From an uncultured Bacteroidota bacterium (lineage in GTDB: Bacteria; Bacteroidota; Ignavibacteria; UBA10030; UBA6906), in the NCBI GenBank assembly GCA_963700635.1, contig CAVOYH010000005.1, forward strand, positions 96,001 through 160,000: a stretch of 64,000 nt of DNA, written 5' to 3'. Made by a program: the position numbers and the translations under genes. The notes below the pieces were generated by a model. It saw nothing but the letters and a program-made list of their open reading frames with translations, did no database searches and had not been told where the DNA came from. Below, in pieces: positions 21,295-31,369 of this stretch (within the stretch, counting starts at the first letter, position 1; the number at the start of each line of letters is the position of its first letter).

Positions 21295-22158
21295 ATGCCC
21301 TCTCCAACCTCGTACACGCTCGGTCGTCGACAGTTTCCCTTTACCCGGACGTATGTCATGGGTATCGTGAACGTAACCCCCGATTCTTTTTCTGATGGGG
21401 GTTTGTATTTTGATCCCGAAAAGGCGATTGCGCATGCCCTCCGGCTTGTGGAGGAAGGAGCAGACATTCTGGATATCGGCGGCGAATCCAGCCGGCCGAA
21501 GGGGACTGCCTATGGAAGCGGATCCGCGCCGGTTCCGGCTGAAGAGGAATTACGCCGTATCCTCCCTGTAATTTCTGCACTTTCCAGGCTGACCGATGTG
21601 CCACTTTCCGTGGATACCTCCAAGGCTTCTGTTGCAGGCGAGGCGCTGGCAGCGGGCGCAGCCATCGTCAACGACATCAGCGGATTCCGGATGGATCCGG
21701 CTCTGCCGGGTGTCATAGCCCGGGCCAATGCGGCGGCGGTTGTTATGCATATGCGTGGCACACCGGAGACCATGCAGCAGGACACTGAATATGACGATCT
21801 GTTTGGCGAGATCCGGTCAGCACTCAAGGAGAGTATCACAACGGGTGAAGCCGCGGGCATATCCCGCATTATTGTGGATCCCGGCATCGGATTCGGCAAG
21901 GACACTGCGGGCAATCTCCGGCTGCTGAACGGATTACACGAATTTGCGGAGTTGGGTTATCCGATTCTCGTCGGACCTTCCCGGAAGGCTTTTCTGGGTG
22001 CCGTGCTCGGCACGCCGGTCCAGGACCGCCTGGAGGGCACCATTTCCTCATCGGTGCTTGCTGCCGCCCGCGGTGCACGATTTATACGTGTCCACGATGT
22101 ACTTGCAGTTCACCGCGCCCTGCGCGTCGCAGACGCCATACTCACTGCCGAAGGGTAG
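21295..22158 (+). CDS. folP: dihydropteroate synthase
   Basis: MGIVNVTPDSFSDGG, DIGGESSRP, DPGIGFGK, GPSRK, RVHDV. Confidence 0.96.
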   Translation: MPSPTSYTLGRRQFPFTRTYVMGIVNVTPDSFSDGGLYFDPEKAIAHALRLVEEGADILDIGGESSRPKGTAYGSGSAPVPAEEELRRILPVISALSRLTDVPLSVDTSKASVAGEALAAGAAIVNDISGFRMDPALPGVIARANAAAVVMHMRGTPETMQQDTEYDDLFGEIRSALKESITTGEAAGISRIIVDPGIGFGKDTAGNLRLLNGLHEFAELGYPILVGPSRKAFLGAVLGTPVQDRLEGTISSSVLAAARGARFIRVHDVLAVHRALRVADAILTAEG

Positions 22159-22160
22159 CC

Positions 22161-22982
22161 ATGGAGCTCTTTCGTATCGGCTTCCTCTCTTTCACGCTGT
22201 TCGATATTCTGGACATCGCGCTCGTCTCGTTTATCTTCTACCGGTTGTATCTGGCGATGCAGGGTACCATTGCCATCCAGATCTTCGCCGGTCTCATCCT
22301 CGTCCTCGCAGTGTCGTTTCTCGCCCAGGCGGCGAATCTTAAGGCACTGAGTTCCATACTTCGTACGATCACCGATATCTGGGTCGTCGCTTTTATCATC
22401 CTCTTCCAGCCTGAACTTCGCCGTTTGTTTGTGCTGGTCGGACGAAGTCCCGTGGTGCGTCTGTTTCTGAAAATGGACGTGGACGAATCCATTGACGAAG
22501 TTGTCGGAGCGGTGACCGAACTCTCGAGGAAAAAATACGGTGCCCTGATCGTGTTTGTCCGCGCCACGGGAATACGGCTACACACCGAAACCGGTACCAA
22601 GCTCGAGGCCCTTGTCGGGCGAGCGCTGTTGCTGTCAATTTTTCACCCGCGGTCACCTTTGCACGACGGTGCGGTGGTAATCAAAGACCGGCTCATTGAA
22701 GCTGCACGGTGTACGCTGCCGTTGTCCAACATGACCACCTGGCAGGGTGTCCTGCTGGGCACGCGCCACCGGGCGGGACTCGGGATCTCAGAGCAGGCGG
22801 ACGTTATTGTGGTCATCGTTTCCGAAGAAAGCGGGACAATTTCCATTGCCGAGAACGGGACATTGTACCGTGCGCTGGCACCGGCAAATCTCAAGAAGGA
22901 ACTCAAATCACGCCTGAGTGTTGAAGGCGAACGATCACTTGCGTCTGCGTGGCGGACACTGCGCACGGGCGGGTGGTCCTGA
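22161..22982 (+). CDS. cdaA: membrane-bound diadenylate cyclase (CdaA/DacA)
   Basis: Three N-terminal TM helices, FQPELRR, LHDGA and GTRHRA catalytic motifs, VSEE. Confidence 0.93.
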   Translation: MELFRIGFLSFTLFDILDIALVSFIFYRLYLAMQGTIAIQIFAGLILVLAVSFLAQAANLKALSSILRTITDIWVVAFIILFQPELRRLFVLVGRSPVVRLFLKMDVDESIDEVVGAVTELSRKKYGALIVFVRATGIRLHTETGTKLEALVGRALLLSIFHPRSPLHDGAVVIKDRLIEAARCTLPLSNMTTWQGVLLGTRHRAGLGISEQADVIVVIVSEESGTISIAENGTLYRALAPANLKKELKSRLSVEGERSLASAWRTLRTGGWS

Positions 22983-23629
22983 TGGTCGTACGCCGTTTTG
23001 TTTCAGAGTGTGAAGAAATGATCCAGGTGATCCGCTCCCGCGGCATCACTGATGAACGAGTCCTTTCGGCCATGCGGTCCGTAGAGCGGCATCATTTCCT
23101 CCCCGAACACTTCATCAATCGCGCCTATGAAGATACCGCACTTCCGATCGGACATGGGCAGACGATTTCGCAACCGTACACGGTTGCGTTTATGACCCAG
23201 GCGCTCGGGCTCAGTGAGGGTGACAAGGTTCTGGAAGTGGGCACCGGTTCGGGATACCAGGCGGCGGTGCTGGCCGCGATGGGCCTGAGGGTGTTTACCA
23301 TTGAGCGTAACCTTACGCTTCTGGCCGGTGCCCGGAAGTTATTTGACCGGAAGAACCTCCGTATCGCCTCCCGGGGCGGTGATGGTACCGTCGGGTGGAC
23401 TGATCATGCCCCGTATGCGGGCATTCTGGTCACTGCCGCTGCGCCTGATGTTCCACAACCACTTCTTCAGCAGCTGGCCGACGGCGGGAAGCTTGTCATC
23501 CCTGTCGGCGACCTGGAGGTTCAATCGGTGGTCGTCTGCACGCGCCGCGGGGAAACCATCGAGCGGCAGGAAGAATACGGATTCAAATTTGTTCCGCTGA
23601 TCGGGAAGATGGGGTGGAAAGGGGAGTAG
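22982..23629 (+). CDS. pcm: protein-L-isoaspartate O-methyltransferase
   Basis: AYED.ALPIG.GQTISQP, VLEVGTGSGYQAA, FVPLIG. Confidence 0.95.
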   Translation: MVVRRFVSECEEMIQVIRSRGITDERVLSAMRSVERHHFLPEHFINRAYEDTALPIGHGQTISQPYTVAFMTQALGLSEGDKVLEVGTGSGYQAAVLAAMGLRVFTIERNLTLLAGARKLFDRKNLRIASRGGDGTVGWTDHAPYAGILVTAAAPDVPQPLLQQLADGGKLVIPVGDLEVQSVVVCTRRGETIERQEEYGFKFVPLIGKMGWKGE

Positions 23630-23633
23630 ACAG

Positions 23634-24596
23634 GTGAAGAGCAGTCCCCTCGTCGTGGTGCTGGTCGGGCCGACGGCATCGGGCAAAACGTCGGTGTCGC
23701 TACCGCTCGCTGAACTTCTTCATGCAGAGATTCTCTCCGCTGATTCACGCCAGATCTATCGGTTCATGAACATCGGAACCGCCAAACCGGGAGTCTCCGA
23801 AAGAGCGCGCATCCCGCATCACTTCATTGATATTCGTAATCCCGATGAAGAATACAGCGCCGGGACTTTCGGGAGTGAAGGCCGGGAAACAATTGAGCAG
23901 ATTCTCAAGAGGGGACACACCCCTCTTGTGGTAGGCGGCTCGGGGCTATACATACAGTCGCTTGTTGACGGGTTCTTTGCCGGTCCTCCGGCGGATCCAG
24001 AATACCGCGCACGCGTTATGGTCCGTCTCCGCGTTGAAGGCATCGAGCCTCTCCTCGGGGAATTGGGGCGGGTTGATCCTGTCTCCGCAGCTTCTATCGA
24101 TCCCACCAAACCGCGCCGGATCGTCCGCGCGCTCGAAGTCTACGCCACAACGGGCATACCGCTCAGTCAACTCCAGCGTGAACGCAAGATCGGGATCCCC
24201 TTCACGCCTGTTTTCTTCGGACTCGACGTGGAACGGGCGGAACTGTACCGCCGGATCAACAGCCGATGCGAGATGATGCTGCGCCAGGGGCTCCTGGATG
24301 AGGTGGGAGGGCTGAGCGGTCGGGGTTACACAGCGTCCCTGAATGCGCTCAAGACTGTGGGATACGCTGAAGTGTTTGCGTATCGCGGCGGTACGATCGG
24401 ATACGAAGATATGGTGCGGTTGTTCAAGCAGAATACGCGGCGGTATGCAAAACGGCAGCTTACGTGGTTCCGGCGGGATACAAGAATCCGGTGGATGCCC
24501 GTGACGGACGACGCCGATGCGGCGCGCCTTGCGCAGTCCATTGCGGCGGCTATCCCACCGGGCGTTTCTTCTGGGAATTTGACGGCAGGTCAATAA
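23634..24596 (+). CDS. miaA: tRNA dimethylallyltransferase
   Basis: GPTASGKT, DSRQIYR.M.IGTAKP, VGGSGLY, TRRYAKRQLTWFR. Confidence 0.96.
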   Translation: MKSSPLVVVLVGPTASGKTSVSLPLAELLHAEILSADSRQIYRFMNIGTAKPGVSERARIPHHFIDIRNPDEEYSAGTFGSEGRETIEQILKRGHTPLVVGGSGLYIQSLVDGFFAGPPADPEYRARVMVRLRVEGIEPLLGELGRVDPVSAASIDPTKPRRIVRALEVYATTGIPLSQLQRERKIGIPFTPVFFGLDVERAELYRRINSRCEMMLRQGLLDEVGGLSGRGYTASLNALKTVGYAEVFAYRGGTIGYEDMVRLFKQNTRRYAKRQLTWFRRDTRIRWMPVTDDADAARLAQSIAAAIPPGVSSGNLTAGQ

Positions 24597-26106
24597 TAAA
24601 CGTTGTGCCCTTCCCCATCTGCACATCCATAGTGGCATTCAGTTGATGAACAAGGCTGTCCACCACCATCATTCCCATCGATGACGAGGTGCGGGGGTCT
24701 TTCCCGCCCGGGAGTCCGATCCCATTGTCGGACACCATGAGGCGGATCCCGCCTCCGGAGAGGGTGTTCATGGAAATAACTATCTCTCCGCTTCTCCCGT
24801 CCGGAAAGGCGTGGGTGAGGGCATTGGTGGCGAGCTCATTGACGATGAGCCCGCAGGAGATTGCCCTGTCGAGGTCGAGGGGGACATTCTCGGTCTTCAG
24901 GAGAATCTGCACATCAGTCCGGTAGTTGGACTCCCGGAATTCCTGCGCGAGCGCGTTCAGGTAGTCGCCGAAGTCAATGGAAGACAGATCTCCGCGGTGT
25001 GTGAGCCGTTCATGGATACGTGCCATGGCCATCACGCGCCGTCGTGCTTCTACCAGCAGCCGGGCGTCCTCGGGGTCCCTTACGTACTCGGTCTGGAGAT
25101 TCAGGAGGCTGGCGACCAGATTCAGGTTGTTTTTCACCCGGTGATGAATTTCACGGTGCAGGAGTTCCTTGTCCGCAAGAGCCGTTTCCAGCCACTCCTT
25201 TGCTTGTTCACGTTCGCGGAGCACAGACGCAAGGGCGAGGGTGGACAGCGCGCTGACCGCGAGCAGCATTTGCAGCCCAAGCACGGTCCGGTAATCAAAT
25301 CCATAAATGAATGCAAATTCGCCGTGCCCCTGTGCTGCAACAACATTTGCGAGCGCGGCAATCAGGAAGTTCACCCATGCTGCGCCGCGTAAGCCGAAGC
25401 GAATGGGTGCCCACATGATCAGCGGAAGGATGAGATAATCGTCCACCCGCGACCATGACAGGATATTCGTAAAAATGAGTGCGCTCCAGACGCCTGCGGC
25501 GAGGGTAAGAAGGGCGGCCTCGACAAGTCGGCGGGGCTCCAGCCGGAAGAGATTGAACACACGTTCAGTATCCCACGTAAGCAGGAGTGGTGCTGCTGTG
25601 AGGGTGCCGAGCAGGTGCGCGCTTGCCCAGGATTTCCACAGGGCGTTCATGGATTCGTGTGGGAAGAAGTAGACCCCGACGACGCTGCTGAGTGTTGCGC
25701 CGACGACGGTGGCGAGCACGCCGCCGATGGCGGTAAACTCAAACACTTCCTGCAACGATTCCAGCCGGGGCCGGGTTGTGCCCAGGGCCTGGATGAGGAG
25801 CACACCCACGAGTGCCTGGATATGGTGGACGCCCCAGAAAAAAGCCGCGTGGGGAAGAGGTTCGTTGTGGAAGTACATCGCAGCGGCGATACCGGGAACG
25901 GTCGCGATAAAAAAGGCGGCCCATTCGCTGCGCGGGGCGATCAGGAGAGCAGCGATGAGGAAGCCGATGGTCGGGCAGAAGGCCGAATGATATGATTCGG
26001 GCAGGGGCGAAGTACCCACGGCGAGGACGCTCGCAAAGAACGCCACGGCAAACACCGAGGCACGGAAAAGGAGGGGTTTCGAGGTGAGGGAGAACTGCGC
26101 CGGCAT
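24550..26106 (-). CDS. MASE1-domain sensor histidine kinase (HisKA_2 type)
   Basis: Multi-TM MASE1-like N-terminus (WAPIRFG), EIHHRVKNNL H-box, NELATNA, DNGIG; start uncertain (26106 or 26169). Confidence 0.85.
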   Translation of the reverse strand: MPAQFSLTSKPLLFRASVFAVAFFASVLAVGTSPLPESYHSAFCPTIGFLIAALLIAPRSEWAAFFIATVPGIAAAMYFHNEPLPHAAFFWGVHHIQALVGVLLIQALGTTRPRLESLQEVFEFTAIGGVLATVVGATLSSVVGVYFFPHESMNALWKSWASAHLLGTLTAAPLLLTWDTERVFNLFRLEPRRLVEAALLTLAAGVWSALIFTNILSWSRVDDYLILPLIMWAPIRFGLRGAAWVNFLIAALANVVAAQGHGEFAFIYGFDYRTVLGLQMLLAVSALSTLALASVLREREQAKEWLETALADKELLHREIHHRVKNNLNLVASLLNLQTEYVRDPEDARLLVEARRRVMAMARIHERLTHRGDLSSIDFGDYLNALAQEFRESNYRTDVQILLKTENVPLDLDRAISCGLIVNELATNALTHAFPDGRSGEIVISMNTLSGGGIRLMVSDNGIGLPGGKDPRTSSSMGMMVVDSLVHQLNATMDVQMGKGTTFIIDLPSNSQKKRPVG

Positions 26107-26163
26107 CTTCGACCAGGTTGTTAGTAAAATGTACGTTGCAGGGGACTTGGATGCAACATGATA

Positions 26164-26192
26164 TTGCATTCCGAGGGGAGTTTTTGTATCTT
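26164..26192 (+). promoter_or_regulatory. sigma70-like promoter of tRNA-Pro (TTGCAT-N17-TATCTT)
   Basis: 17-bp spacing, about 14 nt upstream of the tRNA 5' end. Confidence 0.55.
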
Positions 26193-26206
26193 GGCATGTG
26201 TAAAAT

Positions 26207-26281
26207 CGGGGCGTAGCGCAGCCCGGCTAGCGCGCTTGGTTCGGGACCAAGAGGTCCCGGGTTCAAATCCCGGCGCCCCGA
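26207..26281 (+). tRNA. tRNA-Pro(CGG), CCA not encoded
   Basis: CGGGGCG/CGCCCCG acceptor stem, CTTGG-TTCGGGA-CCAAG anticodon arm, GGTTCAAATCC T arm. Confidence 0.96.
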
Positions 26282-26565
26282 CAAGATGTATACATGGGTG
26301 ACACTGTTTCAGCGTGTCCCATGCCCCACCGCTGCGAACGGAATTAGAGAGAGAAGCAAGAAAATGGCGGCAATTCCGGAGCGGCTTTCCCGTTTCAAAC
26401 GTCTCAGCATTTACTACCTCCTATACTACCTTGCTGGTCAATATCGCTGGAAAAGCACGAGTGCCAGCACGCGCCCCGACAAATGCATATGATGTGCGCC
26501 ATCTGTGCGTGGGTACCGACGCGATTGGATCTGATTGAGAATCATCCGTTGCGCGACATAACGGC

Positions 26566-27696
26566 ATGTCGTATATTTGCCACATGACACGCGTACGACA
26601 TAGCGCATACCACCTGGGCTCACCATGCGACCGGGCAGAATGGACGCCGAAAACTGCGTCAGGGATCAGCCGGCGTAAATTCCTCGCGACGATCACAATC
26701 GGTGGCGGAGCCCTGGTCACAGGGATGGGGCATATGTCGGGTGACGCAAAGCCCGCCATCCTCCCGGCAGCCGAGGATCAGCCGGTCTTCCGATTCCTGC
26801 AGGTCAACGATGTGCATGTGCAGCAGGAGGAAGGATGGACGCACCCCACGTACCGCGACGCAAACCGCCGCGCAATCTGGCTCTTCGAAAACCTCAATAA
26901 CCCGAAATTCTTTCCTCCGCTTGACTTCGTTTTGCTCAACGGGGACATGATCCACCAGGGCTCTCTCGAAAGCAACCAGAAGGCCTTCGCGACCCTTCGC
27001 ACGCTTCTACCTCGAATACCCGTTCCGTATTATCCCGCAGTCGGCAATCATGAGGTCAGCCAGCGTGAGGGAGACACTCTGTGGGAGGAACCGTATACCG
27101 CCACCTACGGTGAGGGGCGGCAGTTCTACAGCTTTGTCCACCGGGGCTTAGCATTCGTCGTCTTCAACAATGCGGGCACGGGCGAGGGTCTGGAAGCGGC
27201 GATATACCGTCATCGTGCCGATCGTCTGGAAGCCATGCTGGAAAAACATGCCGGGTCTCCGACGATCGTTGTCTGCCATATCCCGGTCTTTCCGGTCCGG
27301 CAACAAGACGTCCTCGCACGGTCATTCGGATTCCATTCCTGGCAGACACGGGAACCCGAGATCGCGGAGATCCTCGATGCACACCCCTCGGTGATTGCCA
27401 TCGTCTCCGGTCATCTCCACCTGACCGGCATGTCACTGCATGGGCGGGTTCCGCAAATTGTGTTCGCCGGGACGGCATCGTATCCCCACGACGTGGGACT
27501 TTTCACCGTCTCACAGAGCACCATCACAGTTCAGGCAATACGGCTTCCTTCTCATCTGCTCGTTCCGGAGACCAATATCCATGGTTTACAGCGTCATGGC
27601 ATTGATTTCACGGACGACGACCACTCCTCATACACACAGTACCTGATGGGAAACGCTGACGAGCGCCGCTTCACGATTGAGCGTCCTTCGTCCTGA
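26566..27696 (+). CDS. Tat-exported calcineurin-like metallophosphoesterase
   Basis: SRRKFL twin-arginine motif; NDVH, NGD, GNHE, CH and GHLH metal motifs; exact start uncertain. Confidence 0.85.
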   Translation: MSYICHMTRVRHSAYHLGSPCDRAEWTPKTASGISRRKFLATITIGGGALVTGMGHMSGDAKPAILPAAEDQPVFRFLQVNDVHVQQEEGWTHPTYRDANRRAIWLFENLNNPKFFPPLDFVLLNGDMIHQGSLESNQKAFATLRTLLPRIPVPYYPAVGNHEVSQREGDTLWEEPYTATYGEGRQFYSFVHRGLAFVVFNNAGTGEGLEAAIYRHRADRLEAMLEKHAGSPTIVVCHIPVFPVRQQDVLARSFGFHSWQTREPEIAEILDAHPSVIAIVSGHLHLTGMSLHGRVPQIVFAGTASYPHDVGLFTVSQSTITVQAIRLPSHLLVPETNIHGLQRHGIDFTDDDHSSYTQYLMGNADERRFTIERPSS

Positions 27697-27862
27697 CTGA
27701 GGTTTTGTGATTTGGTGGAATGACCCGCACCGCCTGCTCATCATTCCAGGCAACAAACTGTCCGGATTCTTCGTACCTTAGAATATTGATCCATCTGTTG
27801 CCGGAGCAGACGATTCTGCGTACGATTATCCGGTACGATTATCCATCACTGCGGAGCCATCC

Positions 27863-28429
27863 ATGTTCTTCTTTTTTGTGGTGTTCGGTATACTCCTCCT
27901 GTTCCTTTTCTGGGGAATCGCGCAATACAACAAGCTCATCACACTGCGAAACCAGGTCGAGAACGGCTGGAAACAAATCGACGTTCAGCTGAAACGCCGG
28001 CACGACCTGATTCCTAATCTGGTCAATACGGTGAAGGGGTACATGCAATACGAGCAGGAAACGCTGCAGCAGGTGATCCAGGCAAGAAATTCTGCCACCA
28101 CGGCTTCCGGGGTCGCCGACTCGGCGGTCAAGGAAAATGCACTTACCGGCGCCCTCGGCCGTCTCTTCGCCCTCGCGGAGAACTACCCGACGCTGAAGGC
28201 AAATGAAAACGTCATGCAACTCCAGGAAGAGCTCTCAAGCACGGAAAACAAGATTGGATTCGCCCGCCAGTTCTTCAACGACATCGCGACAAAATTCAAC
28301 ATTGCGCAACAGGTCTTCCCGTCAAACATCATCGCTGGTATGTTTGGATTTAAGCCGTCGGAGCTCTTCGAAGTGACCGATGCGACGGAGCGTGCTGTGC
28401 CAAACGTCGATCTGTCCCTGAAGAAGTAG
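27863..28429 (+). CDS. lemA: LemA family protein
   Basis: N-terminal TM, IDVQLKRRHDLIPNLV, ENYP.LKA. Confidence 0.95.
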   Translation: MFFFFVVFGILLLFLFWGIAQYNKLITLRNQVENGWKQIDVQLKRRHDLIPNLVNTVKGYMQYEQETLQQVIQARNSATTASGVADSAVKENALTGALGRLFALAENYPTLKANENVMQLQEELSSTENKIGFARQFFNDIATKFNIAQQVFPSNIIAGMFGFKPSELFEVTDATERAVPNVDLSLKK

Positions 28430-28438
28430 GGCCATCCC

Positions 28439-29423
28439 ATGGCTCCGATGCCAAAGAACATCTACGAACAGCAGGCGCAGAACAAGCGACTCACAGTCAT
28501 CGTGCTCGCCGGATTCATTCTCTTCGTTGGTTTTCTGGGGTTCGGGCTGGACGTGTTCCTGTTCGGCTACGGGCCCGGAAGTGATGGTGGCGGATTGTTC
28601 CCGCTGCCGATCGCTACGATTGCGGCCATGTCGCTCGGCGGGATCGGTGCGGCCCGCAGCGCTTCAGGCGGAGACGCCGCGGTACTCGCTTCTGCCACCG
28701 CAAAGCCGGTAGGCGAGGATGACCCGAAATACCGTCAACTCTTGAACATCGTGGATGAGATGGCGATCGCGTCGGGACTTCCCCGGCCAAAGGTATACAT
28801 CATCCCCGACCCCGATCCCAATGCGTTTGCAACGGGAATGGCTCCGGAGCGGGCTTCCATCGCAGTCACCGAAGGACTCGTAGAGCGGTTGAACCGCGAG
28901 GAACTCCAGGCGGTGGTCGCGCACGAGATGGGTCACATCCGCAACTACGACATCCGGCTGATGACCGTCGTGGCTGCGCTCATCGGAACTGTCCTGCTGA
29001 TCTCCGAGTTCGGGACTCGGATGATGCGGTTCGGCGGCGGCGGGGGGTCGGAAGAAGAGTTCTAAGAACAGCGGCGGGCTGGGGATCCTGATGGTGGTGT
29101 GGATCGTAGCACTCATCCTGGCACCGTTCATCTCACAGATTCTCGCTATGGCCGTCTCCCGGCAGCGGGAGTACCTCGCTGATGCCTCCGGCGCGGAGTT
29201 GACCCGCAATCCACTGGCGCTTGCCTCAGCCCTGCAGAAGATCACAGACGCGGACGAACCGACGCAGGCAATCAAAAAGGGGACCGCCCATCTCTGCATT
29301 GCGGATCCCCTGGGACGCAAAGCCAACGAGCGGGAGGGGGTCATGGCAAATCTTCTGGGAACACATCCGCCTGTTGAGCGGAGGATCACACTTCTCAAAG
29401 CAATGGCCTACCAGCACGGTTGA
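28439..29423 (+). CDS. htpX: HtpX-like M48 zinc protease, split by an apparent +1 frameshift in the G6 run at 29042-29047
   Basis: PNAFATG and AHEMGH are in the first frame; SRQREYLAD, LASALQKI and THPP..RI are in the next frame. Deleting one G gives GGGRKKSSKNSGG and fuses them. Confidence 0.88.
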
Positions 29424-29519
29424 CAACGCAGCTGGCTGGAGTGATTCTACAACCGACCCCTGAAGGGATCATTACAGCTTTCCAGATTCGTACCCATGTC
29501 TTACCAGGAAGATATCAAG

Positions 29520-31094
29520 ATGAAAAGCACCGTCCTTGCCGCGATAGTCCTCAGTGTGCTCTGCCTTGTTGTGACAGGCACCCGGGCACAATCACCCACC
29601 CCTGGCGACATCGACGCATTTGTTGAGAACGTCAGGTTAGAATTTGAAGTCCCGGGAATCTCCCTCGCCGTGGTCAAAGATGGTCGGGTCGTGATCACGA
29701 AGGGCTACGGGGTGAAGACGCTCGGACAAGCAGAGAAGGTCGACGCGCGGACACTCTTCGGGATCGCCTCAAATACAAAGGCCTTCACCGCAACCGGTCT
29801 TGCACTGCTCGTCGAGGAGGGGAAACTGGAGTGGGATGCGCCGGTGATCCGGTACCTTCCCTGGTTCCAACTCTCTGATCCATACGTCACACGTGAACTA
29901 ACCATCCGAGATCTCCTCGTCCACCGGAGCGGTCTGGGGCTCGGGGCCGGGGACCTGCTCTGGTGGCCCCCCACGACCTACAACCGGAACGAAATCGCCC
30001 GCCGCCTCCGGTTTATCCCTCTTGCAACAAGCTTCCGCAGCGCATATGCCTATGACAACGTTCTGTATATCGTGGCCGGGGAGGTGGTCGAGGCGGTGAG
30101 CGGCCAGAGCTGGGAAGACTTCGTCACCGGGCGCATCCTCCGGAAAATTGGCATGATGGAGAGCACCGTGCGGCATGGAAATGCCGGCCCGAATGGAAAT
30201 GTTGCGACTCCCCACGCCCCCGTACAGGGGAAAGTGAGAGTTGTAAAACCGTTCGACAGCGACAATACGAATCCGGCAGGTGGGATTAACTCGAATGCCG
30301 ACGAGATGGCAAAATGGCTCATCGTCCAACTCGACTCCGGCCGGGTCGCAGACGGATCGCGTCTATTCTCAGCACGGACGACACGCCAGCTCTGGTCCCT
30401 CGTGACGCCGATGGGGATCCGTGAACCGATCCCCGAACTTTCCGGCCTACGGCAGAACTTCAACGGGTATGGCCTGGGATTTCATGTGATGGACTACCGG
30501 GGGGTGAAGATCGTCACCCACACCGGCGGACTCCCCGGATATCTGTCGCGTGTCACCCTGGTCCCTGAACTCAAACTCGGCATTGCTGTGTTGACAAACC
30601 AGGAATCGGGCGCAGCATTTGAATCAGTGACGTACCATATTCTCGACAAATTCCTCAATGCGCCCGGGACCGACTGGATCGCCGGATTTAAGAGACTGGA
30701 AACGCGCCGCGACTCCCTGCGGGCGGCGGCCGACCAACGAACCTCTTCACGGGTGGACACCTCCACCCGGCCGCACCTCCCGCTGGAACGGTACACGGGA
30801 ACCTACACTGACCCCTGGTACGGAGATGTAGAGATCGCGCTGAAGGACGGTCAGTTAGTGATCCGGATGGCGCCGACTCCGGCGCTTCAGGGAAAACTTG
30901 TGCACTGGCAGTATGATACGTTCGTTGCGAGATGGTATGATCCCGAGCTGCGCGCGGATGCATTTGTCACGTTCGCTCTGACTCCGGACGGAAGCATCGA
31001 TCGGGTGAACATGAGGCCCGTGTCAGCGGAAACCGACTTCAGCTTCGATTTTCAGGATTTGCTGCTCAAACCGGCAAAAAGCCAGAACAGGTAA
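29520..31094 (+). CDS. secreted serine hydrolase (beta-lactamase/PBP-like, with DUF3471-like C-terminal domain)
   Basis: Signal peptide, SxxK (SNTK), YDN, HTGG, and a YTGTY..PWYG C-terminal domain. Confidence 0.88.
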   Translation: MKSTVLAAIVLSVLCLVVTGTRAQSPTPGDIDAFVENVRLEFEVPGISLAVVKDGRVVITKGYGVKTLGQAEKVDARTLFGIASNTKAFTATGLALLVEEGKLEWDAPVIRYLPWFQLSDPYVTRELTIRDLLVHRSGLGLGAGDLLWWPPTTYNRNEIARRLRFIPLATSFRSAYAYDNVLYIVAGEVVEAVSGQSWEDFVTGRILRKIGMMESTVRHGNAGPNGNVATPHAPVQGKVRVVKPFDSDNTNPAGGINSNADEMAKWLIVQLDSGRVADGSRLFSARTTRQLWSLVTPMGIREPIPELSGLRQNFNGYGLGFHVMDYRGVKIVTHTGGLPGYLSRVTLVPELKLGIAVLTNQESGAAFESVTYHILDKFLNAPGTDWIAGFKRLETRRDSLRAAADQRTSSRVDTSTRPHLPLERYTGTYTDPWYGDVEIALKDGQLVIRMAPTPALQGKLVHWQYDTFVARWYDPELRADAFVTFALTPDGSIDRVNMRPVSAETDFSFDFQDLLLKPAKSQNR

Positions 31095-31095
31095 T

Positions 31096-31230
31096 TGTAC
31101 ACTTGCCATGAGGTGAGAACCTGATCCGATCAGGTAAGGTTCAGTGCTGGTAACTACGACTCGGATGGCCATAGTGGATACGTCAGCGTGCCCGGCCACG
31201 GACCGGTCGGTTACAGGTTCTGAGTGTGCG
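31096..31230. ncRNA. candidate structured non-coding RNA of unknown family
   Basis: Nested pairings TGTACACTT/GAGTGTGCG, AGAACCTG/CAGGTTCT, GTAAC/GTTAC and TGGCC/GGCCA in intergenic sequence. Confidence 0.35.
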
Positions 31231-31340
31231 CATGATCTCCCTTCAGCCACCCCGCCCGTTTCACTGGCTGGGATTCTGATGACAAATTATTGATTTCTGG
31301 GCGTTTTTGACCATATTTGTGGTGCCCTCCAAAATTTAAC

Positions 31341-31369
31341 TTGACTTCTTGATTAAGCATCCTTAATCT
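31341..31369 (+). promoter_or_regulatory. sigma70-like promoter TTGACT-N17-TAATCT with an overlapping GATTAAG-N4-CTTAATC palindrome
   Basis: Near-consensus boxes; the perfect 7-bp dyad at 31351-31368 covers the -10 box. Confidence 0.6.

Noticed and set aside
26207-26281. Prophage or ICE integrated at tRNA-Pro
   Set aside because: No integrase and no duplicated tRNA 3' end were seen in the window
31115-31145. TPP riboswitch, suggested by GAACCTGATCCG
   Set aside because: Lacks the upstream GGGG...CTGAGA and the downstream TAAT.CC.GCG.AGG elements, and no thiamine gene follows
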